Shown here piece by piece: positions 40,135-50,305 of a DNA stretch of 64,000 nucleotides. How positions within the stretch are numbered: the stretch's first letter is position 1; each line of letters opens with the position of its first letter. The translations under genes and the position numbers were made by a program. The notes below the pieces were generated by a model, which made no database searches, was not told the DNA's origin, and was given only the letters and a program-made list of their open reading frames with translations. Source of the stretch: Felis catus. Its lineage: Eukaryota. Location: the NCBI RefSeq assembly GCF_018350175.1, contig NC_058368.1, forward strand, positions 65,970,001-66,034,000, written 5' to 3'.

Positions 40135-41996
40135 CAACTTGCTTAAAATATGGGGATTACCAGTAATTTCTGTTACATTATATACCATCTTACTAAATGT
40201 CATTTAAAAAGCTCCTAGATCATGTTAAAATTTTGTGTTTGAAACAAAAAGGGAAATGTCCTATTCTAATGATAAAAATCAATTGAAAACACATCTATTG
40301 ACTAAAATCAATGTGACTCTACTAAGTTGTCTTTTCCCTTAAGGAAAATGTGGTTTAAGGCATATGATGGTTGCAACTGAGAAACGTGGAAGAATGATCA
40401 CCAGCCCCAAAGACTATGTCCCAACATTCCTCATCTTTGACTTTGGTAGCTAAGATGGCATGAGATAGTGAGCCTCTCCCTGGGCAACAGCAAAATCCAG
40501 CGACAGGCAGTGACAGCACTGGGGTTGGGAAGCTCCGTCTGGTTGGGTGAGTCTGACATGGAATACGGATCCACCTCATAGGAAATGAAGGCTGACAAAA
40601 CCAGACAGGGTATTTGGGCACTGGTCTGGACTGTAGAGCCATTGTCCTGCTCCGCAAATGAAGCCACAAAGGCCAGGTCCACTCATAACGGATTAGGCAG
40701 ATGAAGCCTGGAAGCAAAATGGTAAACCCTCCCCAAGCACACTTCACACTGGATCGGCAAGATTTATTGCCACCCACTAGCTAATGACCGAGCTACTTGC
40801 TAGAACTGGTTTATCGGCTCAGGGCAGGGCTGGCAGATCGAAGGCCTTCAGTGACTATAACTGAGCAATCCTAAGAAGAATAGGGATTGATAGCCCCTAC
40901 GGATATGGATTTTTCATTTGGGAATATTTCGTTTTCACGGAGGCTGTGAAAGTCCTTGTCGATCTTTACAAATAGAATGGATACTCATTAGTCAAAAATC
41001 AGGGCGAGGAAATCAATCATTGCTGAAGATGTTTTGCATCCTAAAGTTATGCTTTCCAGTTCCCACATATGGCATTTTTCATCATGTTTCTTTGGAATGT
41101 GCAGCCTTCCATGAGGTCATGCCTCTGAGAGCATGAATCCCAGAGTAGACACTGTTCGTTCTCTTGCCTTCTTGAAGCTACTCAAGACCCATCTTAAAAC
41201 ATAATACACATTTTAAAATGTTGTGTCCTACTGCATATTTTTCCCTTCCAAATTACAGAATGCTATTGGAAATCTGCCAAAAAGCCAAAAAGGGATAATA
41301 GGCCCCTTGCTCCAATGAGATGCAAACTGCAGGTGTTTGGCTAGGATGATTCACTAGCTAGATGAAGGCTTGCAAATTTTGATCTCAGCAAAATGATAGA
41401 TTTCTGTGGGACAAGGAACATGGTGTCTTCTGTCTCTCATGGTCAAATCTCATTAGTGCTAAATCCATATATATCAAGATTTCCACTGCCCTAATTCCAT
41501 TAAGATACTTGATCTGCAATTGGGGTAGACTACTTCCAAAGGGACAACAGGGTTAGAACCTTAGTTGAAATAATCAGGTGCTTTTGGCCTGCTTCACTGA
41601 GCCAAAGTGAATACCGTGATCATTTGCTTATGATTTTCTAGAAGAGTGAGAAGGTATCTGTTTTGTTTTGGTCTGTGGTGAAACAGCAAAACATAGCCAT
41701 TGCAGAATAAAACACTTAAAATATGTCTTAAAAATTTTTATTGAAAATGGTAACATCTCTAAAGATTGGAGTGCCTTTCTCATTAATACTTAGACCTCAC
41801 ATCAGTTATTTTAAGTCAGAGTTTCTGGACAGAGGACATGTAGGATCAACTCCAGATGGTTGACCCTCCCACCCAAAGTTATGTATGTTGTTACTGAGAA
41901 GGTTCTATATTTCCACTGGATTCTCAAAGAGGTACATGATCCAAAAAGGTAAAGAACTTCATTTTAAATGAAGTCCTTTCTGCTCTCCCACCCCTT

Positions 41997-42174
41997 GTTT
42001 TAAGTTTATTTATTTTGAGAGAGGGTGAGAGAGAAGGGGAGAGAAAGAGGATCCCAAGCAGGCTCTGCACTGTCAGCATGGAGCCTGACACCAGGCTCGA
42101 ACCCATGAACCGTAAGATCACACCCTGAGCAGAAACCAAGAGTTAGATGCTTAACTGAGCCACCAGGACGCCCC
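41997..42174 (-). mobile_element. CanSINE inserted within the EBLL
   Basis: Reverse head gagccaccaggacgcccc; (GA)-rich tract. Confidence 0.92.
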
Positions 42175-43224
42175 TCTGCCCCTCTTGGACGTAGGAGTAT
42201 GCATTTCTTACAAGACTCTCTGAACCCTTTAATACGTGTGGGTCAAATATGCTAATGGCTCTGGAGAATTCTGGCTTCAGAATCACTTTTCCTCCGAGTG
42301 CTTGAACACCGTCTTCCACGTTAGCTCCTTGGCATGCTCATGGTTACCCCAGAGAAGCTTAACTTCCCCAAGTGTCTCTTTTTGTCAGTCCCTTGCACAC
42401 CTTTTCTTTTGATTCCCTCAAAAGAAAAATAATACAGCAGCGTGATGGCCTTGGGAATCTGTGAATGCCCACTTGTTTGTTTTGTTAACATTTCTAATAA
42501 GGTCTTTCTGTAATGTCCATTTATTACCTACTACAAAAAACCTGGAATAGAGAGGAAAGGTCAAAACAATATAGTAACCATTATCCATTATGCAGACATT
42601 ATGACTTTTAAAGGGTTTTTTTCATATTTTCTTCCATATAACTATAATATACATTTACATGATGTATTAATTCATTAAATAAAGTTACATACATTAAAAC
42701 TAAAAATGTAGATTATACTCTGTGTATCAAAGCTTAATGATTTTTTTTCTTAAACAGAACATAAAATAGGTAGGTGGCCCTGTAAAAGGCTATCTCTCCA
42801 GTTTAGAAGTTGGACTGTTTTTTTTTTTTTATTATTAGAAAAGATACTCAGCCCCCAGCAGTTAATAAGTTATTTGATGTTTGTTTCTTCAATGTACGTG
42901 CATGTTTACTCAGTGATACACAGCTTTCTTAAAGGAAATCTACATCTGAAAAAGATGCATAGAAGTTTCCTCTTTATTTACGTAGATTTCTGCCATGTCC
43001 TGTTTAGAATGGGAAAACTGATTGTTACTGGGCATTTGCTATACTCTAAGTAATTCATGTGCATTTTTCTCCTTTAGTCTGTACAAAGACCCTGTGATGG
43101 AGGGACTGCCTGTTTCCTCACTTACAGATGAAGAAACTAAATAATTTACCCCGACCTTAAGGCCAAGAAGTGGCAGAGGCATGTTGGCCTGGCTCACTCT
43201 AAGCCTATGCTCTGATCTCTTCTG

Positions 43225-43640
43225 CTCCTGGTTCTCAAAGTGTGGTCCCTGGACCAGCAGCATCAGCATCACCTGGGAATTGGTTGTTGATGCAAATTCT
43301 CAAACCCCATCCTGAACCTGTTGGATCAGAAATGCTGGGGGGTGGGGCACTCAGAGATCTCTATCTTTTCTTAAAAAATATATCTATTTTTTAACTGAGT
43401 GCAAGCAGAGGAGGGGCACAGAGAGGGGGACAGAGGATCTGAGCAGGCTCTGTGCTGACAGGATGACAGGCTGACAGCAGCAAGCCCAACGCAGGGCTCG
43501 AACTCACGAACCATGAGATCATGACCTGAGCCGAAGTTGGACACTCAACCTACTGAGCCGCCCAGGTGTCCAGCAATCTGTATCTTAACAAGCCTTCCAG
43601 GGGGTTTTGATATGTGCCAAATTTTTAGGACCACTGTTCT
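43225..43640. mobile_element. MER5A-like element interrupted by a minus-strand CanSINE (~43370-43571)
   Basis: ggttctcaaagtgtggtccctggaccagcagcatcagcatcacctggga...aggaccactg. Confidence 0.8.
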
Positions 43641-45049
43641 CTAACAGACTCCAAATTTTGAAAGGTTGCTGATATAAAGTTTTTAAAAATCTCTTGTTAT
43701 TGTTTTAAAGTCATGTTATGGGGTGCCTGGGTAGCTCAGGCCAGGAAACCACAACAACCCCACAGTCATTCGTTATGTTCACCCAAGGTTGGTCTTGCTC
43801 CTCAAGGCCTACTCTCCTGATTCTGGTCTGTTTGTGTTGTTTGCTTTTTTTTTTTTTTTTTTTTAATCCCTTTTGCTCTGTATGTGACTCCTGATAGAGG
43901 AGAAACCCATGTATTTAGAATGTCATTTGCATATTTCTGAAGTCCAAAGCATTTTGGTGGTAAATGTATTCAATTTTTAAGAACTTAGGTGTGATTAGGT
44001 ATAATTTAATATAGATATGGCCAGCTTTGGTGTCCCTGGGTAGCTGAAATTCAATTTTTTTTTAATTAGTATTTGAAAAGGAAGACCTCCTCTAGCCATG
44101 GTAATCGTATTTTCGCTGTATTTTTATTCCTTTCCAGATCTGACTGTCTTAAAATTTAATTACTGTTAGCAAGACCTTTATGGGAAGAATAGAAATATTC
44201 TCGTAATAGTGTTAGCATATTAAATATAATTTTCAGGTAGCCCTCCTAGGATTCCAGCACTCCTCAATAGAGCCAATTTAGCTGCCTTTTTTCTGCCCTG
44301 ACAGTCCACATGCATTCAACTCACAAATGTATTCTTTCCCTGGCTCCTCTGATGCTATTAGAACTCCGTTGTCCTAGTACATTAGAGTGTTCATTCGCTT
44401 GTGATAAGACGTCAAATCTGATATGCATTTTAATGCTGTTCATATGAATACTATTAAGCATGCCAATTATAACTCTTCTGCGCCTTAAGGCACACTTCTG
44501 TCGGTTTGTTTGTTGTTTCTGTTGTTTGTGTTTTAACTATGTTAGCTGTCTACAATTCAAACTAGGAGGGTTTCGACAAAGAAAAATCAAAGATTGCTGT
44601 ATAAGAACATAAAGGAAAACATATACCTTTTTGCATTAAAACCAAGGTCGGATGACTCAAGAACTAAAACAAGTGATGACAATATGTAATTGTGTCCAAA
44701 TATTTAAAGAAATCTGTAAAGGGATGTCAGACCTAGAAGTTTGAAGAAACGGAAGGATGGCATCTTAGGCCTGAGTCCCTTGTCTGGGCCAACACAGGAG
44801 GCTGAGACTGAAAGCTCTGGTGTCCCCGTCCCACTCCCTGGTGTCCCCGTCCTACCCCCTGGTGTCTCGCCTCACTTCTGGTGAGAGCAGCCAATTGTCC
44901 TGGGGCTCAATGATTCTCAGGCAGCGCCCAGCACTTTTGACAGAGGGGCCTGCACCTACAGTCTTTTATGTGCTCCAGAAGATGATTTGTTAGTTAGAGG
45001 TTCCTCATTATTTGAAATTAGCATGCCCATATTTCTGTGTTTGGTTTCT

Positions 45050-45600
45050 TTTTAATTTTTTTTTTAATTCAGGTTAGTTAACATACAATGTAGTATTGCT
45101 TCCAGGAGTAGAACTCTAACATAGAGTCTATGTTAGTAGAACTAACATATGACACCCAGGGTTCATCCCAACAAGTGTCCTCCTTAATGCCCGTCACCCA
45201 TTTGGCCCATCCCCCCATTCAGCTCCCCTCCGGCAGGCCTCAGTTTGTTCTCTGTATTTAAGAGTCTCTTATGGTTTGCCTCCCTCTCTGTGTTTATCTT
45301 ATTTTTCCTTCCCTTCCCCTATGTTCATGTTTGTTTCATAAATTCCACGTATGAGTGAAATCATATGATGTTTGTCTTTCTCTGACTGACTTATTTCACT
45401 TAGCATAATGCCATCTAGTTCCATCCACATTGTTGCGAATGGCAAGATTTCATTCTTTTTGATCGCCGAGTAATATTCCATTGTATGTATGTATATACTA
45501 GAAGGAGCACATGCACCCTAATTTTATAACAGCTCTATCAACAATTACGGAAAGAACCAAAATGTCCCTCAACTGATGAATGTGTACAGAAGATGTGGTA
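45050..45600 (-). mobile_element. Short carnivore L1 with 5' inversion
   Basis: Minus-strand 3'UTR and ORF2 end (MEYYSAIKKNEILPFAT), then a plus-oriented upstream segment at ~45500-45600. Confidence 0.85.
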
Positions 45601-45602
45601 TG

Positions 45603-45805
45603 TGGTACCTGGCTGGTTCATCTGACTCTTGAATTTGGCTCAGGTCATGATCTCATGCTGTGAGATCAAGCCCTGAGTGGGGCTCCATACTGGGCATGGA
45701 GCCTCCTTAAGATTCTCTCTCTGTCTCTCTCTGTTTTCTCGCTTTCTCTCTCTCTCCCCCTCTGCCCATTTCCCTCTTTCATGCTGTTTCTCTCAAAAGA
45801 ATTGT

Positions 45806-45852
<47 letters not shown>

Positions 45853-45887
45853 ATAAAATGTGTGTGGGGGGGGGTTAGTTTATTTAT

Positions 45888-45928
<41 letters not shown>

Positions 45929-46047
45929 CCCAAGCAAGCTCCAGGCTGACAGCCCTGTGTGGGGCTCCATCCCACAAAACACGAGATCATGACCTGAGCC
46001 AAAACCAAGAGTCAGCTGCTTAACTGACTGAGCCACCCAGGTGTCCC
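45603..46047. mobile_element. Tail-to-tail CanSINE pair (+ 45603-45800; - 45875-46047) around a (TG)n
   Basis: Both heads and the CT/GA tracts are visible. Confidence 0.88.
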
Positions 46048-47139
46048 ACAGTGTTTGGTTTTAATTGAGGTATTTTTTCCCTAAATCAGAAACAGCCTAA
46101 TACTCCAAACAAGGTATCTTTTACATTTTAATTATCTTTAATAGCATATCCTCCTTTTTCTTGTAACAAACACAGATTGTTCTGTTAAATTATAATCAGT
46201 GAGGGCTCCTAGCGTCCAGTGGGAGGGATGATTCTGTTTTTAAAAAGTGACATCCAGAATGGGTTTTAGCTGAGCTCAGTATATGGGCTCTTGTGTACAG
46301 AGTGCCAATAGTTTTATTAATTTTATTAGTTTTCAATCACCCTTTAAAAATGAAGGTCAGAGAAAAACTTGATGTTTGCTCTTCAGGACTATACCACATT
46401 TTCATTCATTATCTTGAATATGTGATAGTAAATAATCCAAAAGAGCCCAAGTTCATTGCTGCATTTGGCTTCTTGTCAGAGAAAAAGACAGAGAGACTAG
46501 CAAATGGACTTCACTGTTGGACCAGTTAATGAATTTTCAATTCCAATTGCATTTATGCTTTATTATTTAAATTTATATAGGCTTGTTCTGTCATTCCAAG
46601 TAAAGTGTTTTTCTGCAATTTCTCAAGATGAGCAAGTTTTTTTCTGCAAAATTCCAAGATGAGAGAGAGAGAGAAATATATCTCTATTATCTATTTTTCT
46701 ATTTATATATCTTCATGTGTGCTTATTTCATTTATATATATGATATTCCTTTTGATTTGCAACAGAGTTCATTTGAGAGAACTAGAACCTGATGTTAATA
46801 CACTTGATGTTCCTTTAAGGATACCAAATAGAACATCTCACGTTAATAATTTGTGGCACAGAATGGAAACAGATTCATGGTTAGGAATATCCACATTCTT
46901 CCTGCCTTCTGCTTGAGCCTGACTCTGTCAGCATCAGTGCCTATCCATGTCCCCCTGGAGGACTGCTGTGGCATCTGTGACCTCCAGACAGTCTGTCTCT
47001 TGAGAATGCAATGTCATGAATGATGAAAGCTCAGAGCTGTTAAAAAGAAGCATTACAAAATTGTGAGCCATGTATTGTTTGTTTTCTCCTTCAGTAATTA
47101 GTGAATCAGAAGGAAGGTGAAGAATGGAGAGCTTTTGCA

Positions 47140-47545
47140 ACAGTCTGAAGTATTTTGGGGTAAAAATAAATAGTGATAGGATTCCTAATCAGATGCCCTT
47201 AACATAGGGAGATTATCCTGGATTATTTGAGGGGACCCAGTGTAATCATAAGAGTCCTTAAAAGTTCAAGAGGGAAGCCAAAAAGGAGGTCACATGACGC
47301 CATGTGACAAAGACTTCACCAGCTATTCTTGGCTTTGAAGATGCAGGAAGGGGTCAAAGAGCCAAGGAATATAGGATGCCTCTGGATGCTGGAAAGGCAA
47401 TGAAAGATATTCTTCACTAAACCCTCCAGAAAAAAAATGCATCCCTACAGGAACCTTAATGTTAGCTCCGTAAGTCTCAGTTTGGACTTCTGATCTCCAA
47501 AATTATCAGGGAATAAATGTGTAGTGTTTTATGCCACTAAAAATA
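47140..47545. mobile_element. MLT1 LTR
   Basis: gggagattatcctggattatt...tggctttgaagatg...agccaaggaat...ggacttctgatctcca. Confidence 0.8.
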
Positions 47546-48337
47546 AGAAGAGAGAGAAGAGAAGAAGAACCTAGTTTTGTGTATTCATGAGGAACGTCAG
47601 AACCTATTCAATTTAAATAGATAGAGGACATATTAAGTGGAGGATTTAATTTTTTTAACAGTTCTTAATGCAGATTTTTAAAGCATAGTCTACAAATGTA
47701 ACTAGTACTGAAATAAGAATATGTATATGGCCATATATGCATATGTGTATGTGCACACATGTATATACACATATATTCCATTTCTTCTTTTTCCATGTAG
47801 TCAATCTCTACTCTTCCTTCAAGGTCTATGTAGGTCTTACCCTTCATTGTGGGCTGTTTGGTTATTCTGATCTAATAAAGTACACCTCCTATATTCAACT
47901 GACTGGTTCTTATAATCTCAACTATTTCATAATCTAGCCTAAGAAAGTGAAAATTCTTATCTACATCATTTTTTAAAGCACAACTAAAACCACTTTGTAT
48001 TTTTAATTCCTAAATACTACCGACTCCCTAGCCAGATTATAAATATTTTGAGCACATGCACTACTAACTTTTCTTTATTTTGAATATATATAGTTAGTAT
48101 AGCACCTAACAAATAACTAAACTTTTAAGTATACTGGTAAGATTTACATGCAATACTTACTAGTTTGCAATTATACTTACAGTACTTTTTATGACATAAT
48201 GATGATTACAGGGTCGACAGACCTCTTTTGTGAACCTTAAGATAGACTAATATGCTGATAAAGACACAATGATGTTAGTAGCAAGTGTCAAAGTTTACAC
48301 GTATTGAAACTACAGAAAATTGTGTGACGGTCCTAAA

Positions 48338-48525
48338 GCAGCATTATCCAATAGACCTTTCTGAGATTATGGAAATTGTTTTTATTTGTACTCTCCAATG
48401 CACTGGCCACTAGCTACTTGGCTGATGGGCTGTTTAATATGACTAGTGTCACTGAAGAACTGAATTTTATTTTAATTCAGGTTTAAATTAAATGGCCACA
48501 TGTGCTGGTGACTACCATTATGGTG
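48338..48525. mobile_element. MER3-like DNA transposon
   Basis: cagcattatccaatagacctttctg...gccactagctac...ggccacatgtg. Confidence 0.7.
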
Positions 48526-48710
48526 ACTACCATAATGGTCATAGGGTCATAGGGTCATTTATGTCTTTCCAAATGGTCTTATTCCCAAAGCAGTGAATTA
48601 ATAATGTGGAGCAGTGGTGCCCAAAGTGTTCTGCAATTCAGACCAGGCAATGAACTGTTACACTAATCCATGCCAAAAAAAGAATTGAGAGTAAGCATTT
48701 AGAAACTTCT

Positions 48711-48938
48711 GGGGCGCCTGGGTGGCGCAGTCGGTTAAGCGTCCGACTTCAGCCAGGTCACGATCTCGCGGTCCGTGAGTTCGAGCCCCGCATCGGGCTC
48801 TGGGCTGATGGCTCAGAGCCTGGAGCCTGTTTCCAATTCTGTGTCTCCCTCTCTCTCTGCCCCTCCCCCGTTCATGCTCTGTCTCTCTCTGTCCCAAAAA
48901 TAAATAAATGTTGAAAAAAAAAATTAAAAAAAAAAAAA
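48711..48938 (+). mobile_element. Young feliform CanSINE
   Basis: Near-consensus; TSD tagaaacttct. Confidence 0.96.
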
Positions 48939-49867
48939 TAGAAACTTCTATAGCCACCTGGCATTGATGTAACATCCAAACCTGGAATCAGTGGATTCAC
49001 CATCTCACTGAACAGGCTGTAAGCTGCTTTGGGTATTTTCAAGCTTGCACAGTGATGCTCCATCTGATGTAAGCACAGGCGGGTGCAGTAGGACCACATA
49101 TGGGTCCATGAACAATTGGAAATTTTTAAAAAATTACCCTCTCCCAGAACAGCTACAGAACAGCTATAGTTTAAGAAGCCCAGGGGTAGAAGACTAGGAA
49201 TCAGAGGCCAGGAATCCAGTCTTCACCACAACCTGGCTCAGTTTTATTGACCACACCTCTCAGAAGGGAAAGGACTTAAAAACAGAAGGACCCTTAGAAG
49301 TGATAGACTTCAACCCATTTAATATAGATGAAAAACCCAAGTCCTAAGATGTGACATACTTCAACTATTTACATCAGACCTTGGAGACCTCACACAAGTT
49401 CTTTCTCCCATGCCAAGTGAATTTGTGCCAAGAGATATCTCGTGATTCCCTTGCACAACAAATAGAAATCTGAGAATATGACCCCAACACTTCCATAAAA
49501 TCCGCCATGCAGCCCACTTGTGCCTGTACCAACCTAGGTTCTGCTCCCCTTTTTAATGAGTTGTCACCACAGTGAGTTAAAAAAAAATGCAAATAATGTA
49601 TCCATATGGCTCAGTGCACATAGAAAATGAATCCATGAAACCAGCCCTTCTACTGAAGTTTTAGATTTCATACAAACTGTTGATTTATTTCTTTGTTTTG
49701 CTAAGCCATGAAAGGATGCTTCATATTTTGACTTCCCACCTTGATTTGTTCTCAAGGTAGTAGCAAAATGCTAAAGGAATGCAGCAGTCTGTGACCTGCT
49801 AGGAGCCCAGGAAGAATCCAGGAAAGCAGTATTCCTTATATTAGAAATAGGGCAGCTCTTTGATTGA

Positions 49868-50305
49868 ATGTGTTATGGGTGGTATTGGTGCCCCACCCAG
49901 ATCCCCTGTATGGGCAGGTTCTCCCAGACCCACAGCCACACCTGTCTTCCAAATACTGCCCTTGGCCACAGGAGCCATCTGGCTTGAGAAGAAACAAAGT
50001 AACACTTCTCTGCCTTTCTATCCCTCTGTGAGGTAGGGGCCCTCTGCCACCAACCATGGACAAAATGCCTATCCCTTTGCCTCACAGCGGGTTGCCTGGT
50101 AGACCAGTTCACACCCCAGAGCTCCTTAGAGGATCAGGCTAACACCAGCCTCCAGATGAAACCACACCTGTGTTGGTTCCATCCCTTTCCTTATTCTGCC
50201 TCTCTCTTCCTTAAAGGTTCCTGCTGAGAGTGTGCCTTCAATAACCCACTTGTACAAGAATCCCCACCTCAAGCTCTGCCTCTAGGGAATTTGACCAACA
50301 ACAGA
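49868..50305 (+). mobile_element. ERVL-type solo LTR (LTR16-like)
   Basis: tgtg...ggtgccccacccagatcccct...caataacccacttgtacaagaatccccacctcaagctctgcctctaggga. Confidence 0.6.

Larger units (their letters stand above)
36870..42500 (+). pseudogene. Endogenous bornavirus-like L (RNA-dependent RNA polymerase) element, EBLL-type, degraded by many stops and frameshifts
   Basis: Colinear translated anchors vs BoDV-1 L recalled from memory (window / virus): LLKTMAFY*+QGL 37497-37533 / IIKSIFPYSQGL; SSVVWY*LE 37693 / SSVQKSWYFPE; VDG 37801 / VDG; WPP 37912 then GCLNREMKCIHCLG / WPP..GCDKSIKNARELG; WALF* 38058 / WQLFE; KPEKQKLK 38961 / VPKEKELK (pre-motif A); LPC 39197 / LPC; LLSALTTC 39361 / LWTILTSC (motif B); RETSLIFAML...LLPSLCIQRALKGQNM 39420-39557 / REINVTFNIL...ALGALYKHARLAGHNL; GKIIFLQG 39562 and QLSRV 39613 / GKKLFFRG, QLSRV; SEPLPGQ 40467 / SDPLPFQ; TDP 40565 and KPDRVFGHW 40598 / TDP..RPERQIRRW; HS*RI 40680 / HSSRI; LMTELLART 40781 / DMSALFALS; DSPYGY 40889 / DTTEGY; AEDVLHP 41022 / AEQFHP; FVLVC 41662 / FVLAC; QRTC 41830 / QRTW; LQDS 42208 / FQDS; RITF 42279 / RINF. 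The edges (36870-37400 and beyond 42300) are weaker. Confidence 0.78.

Noticed and set aside
40355..40777. 140-aa and 83-aa minus-strand ORFs as genes, and a fleeting resemblance (SC...WGGF) to bornavirus G
   Set aside because: They are antisense to the colinear L-like signal, and the G-like match does not extend.
40860..41130. Apparent nucleoprotein-like motifs (VLVDLYK, FPHMA...PSM)
   Set aside because: Spacing is inconsistent with N, and the region is better explained by ordered L anchors.
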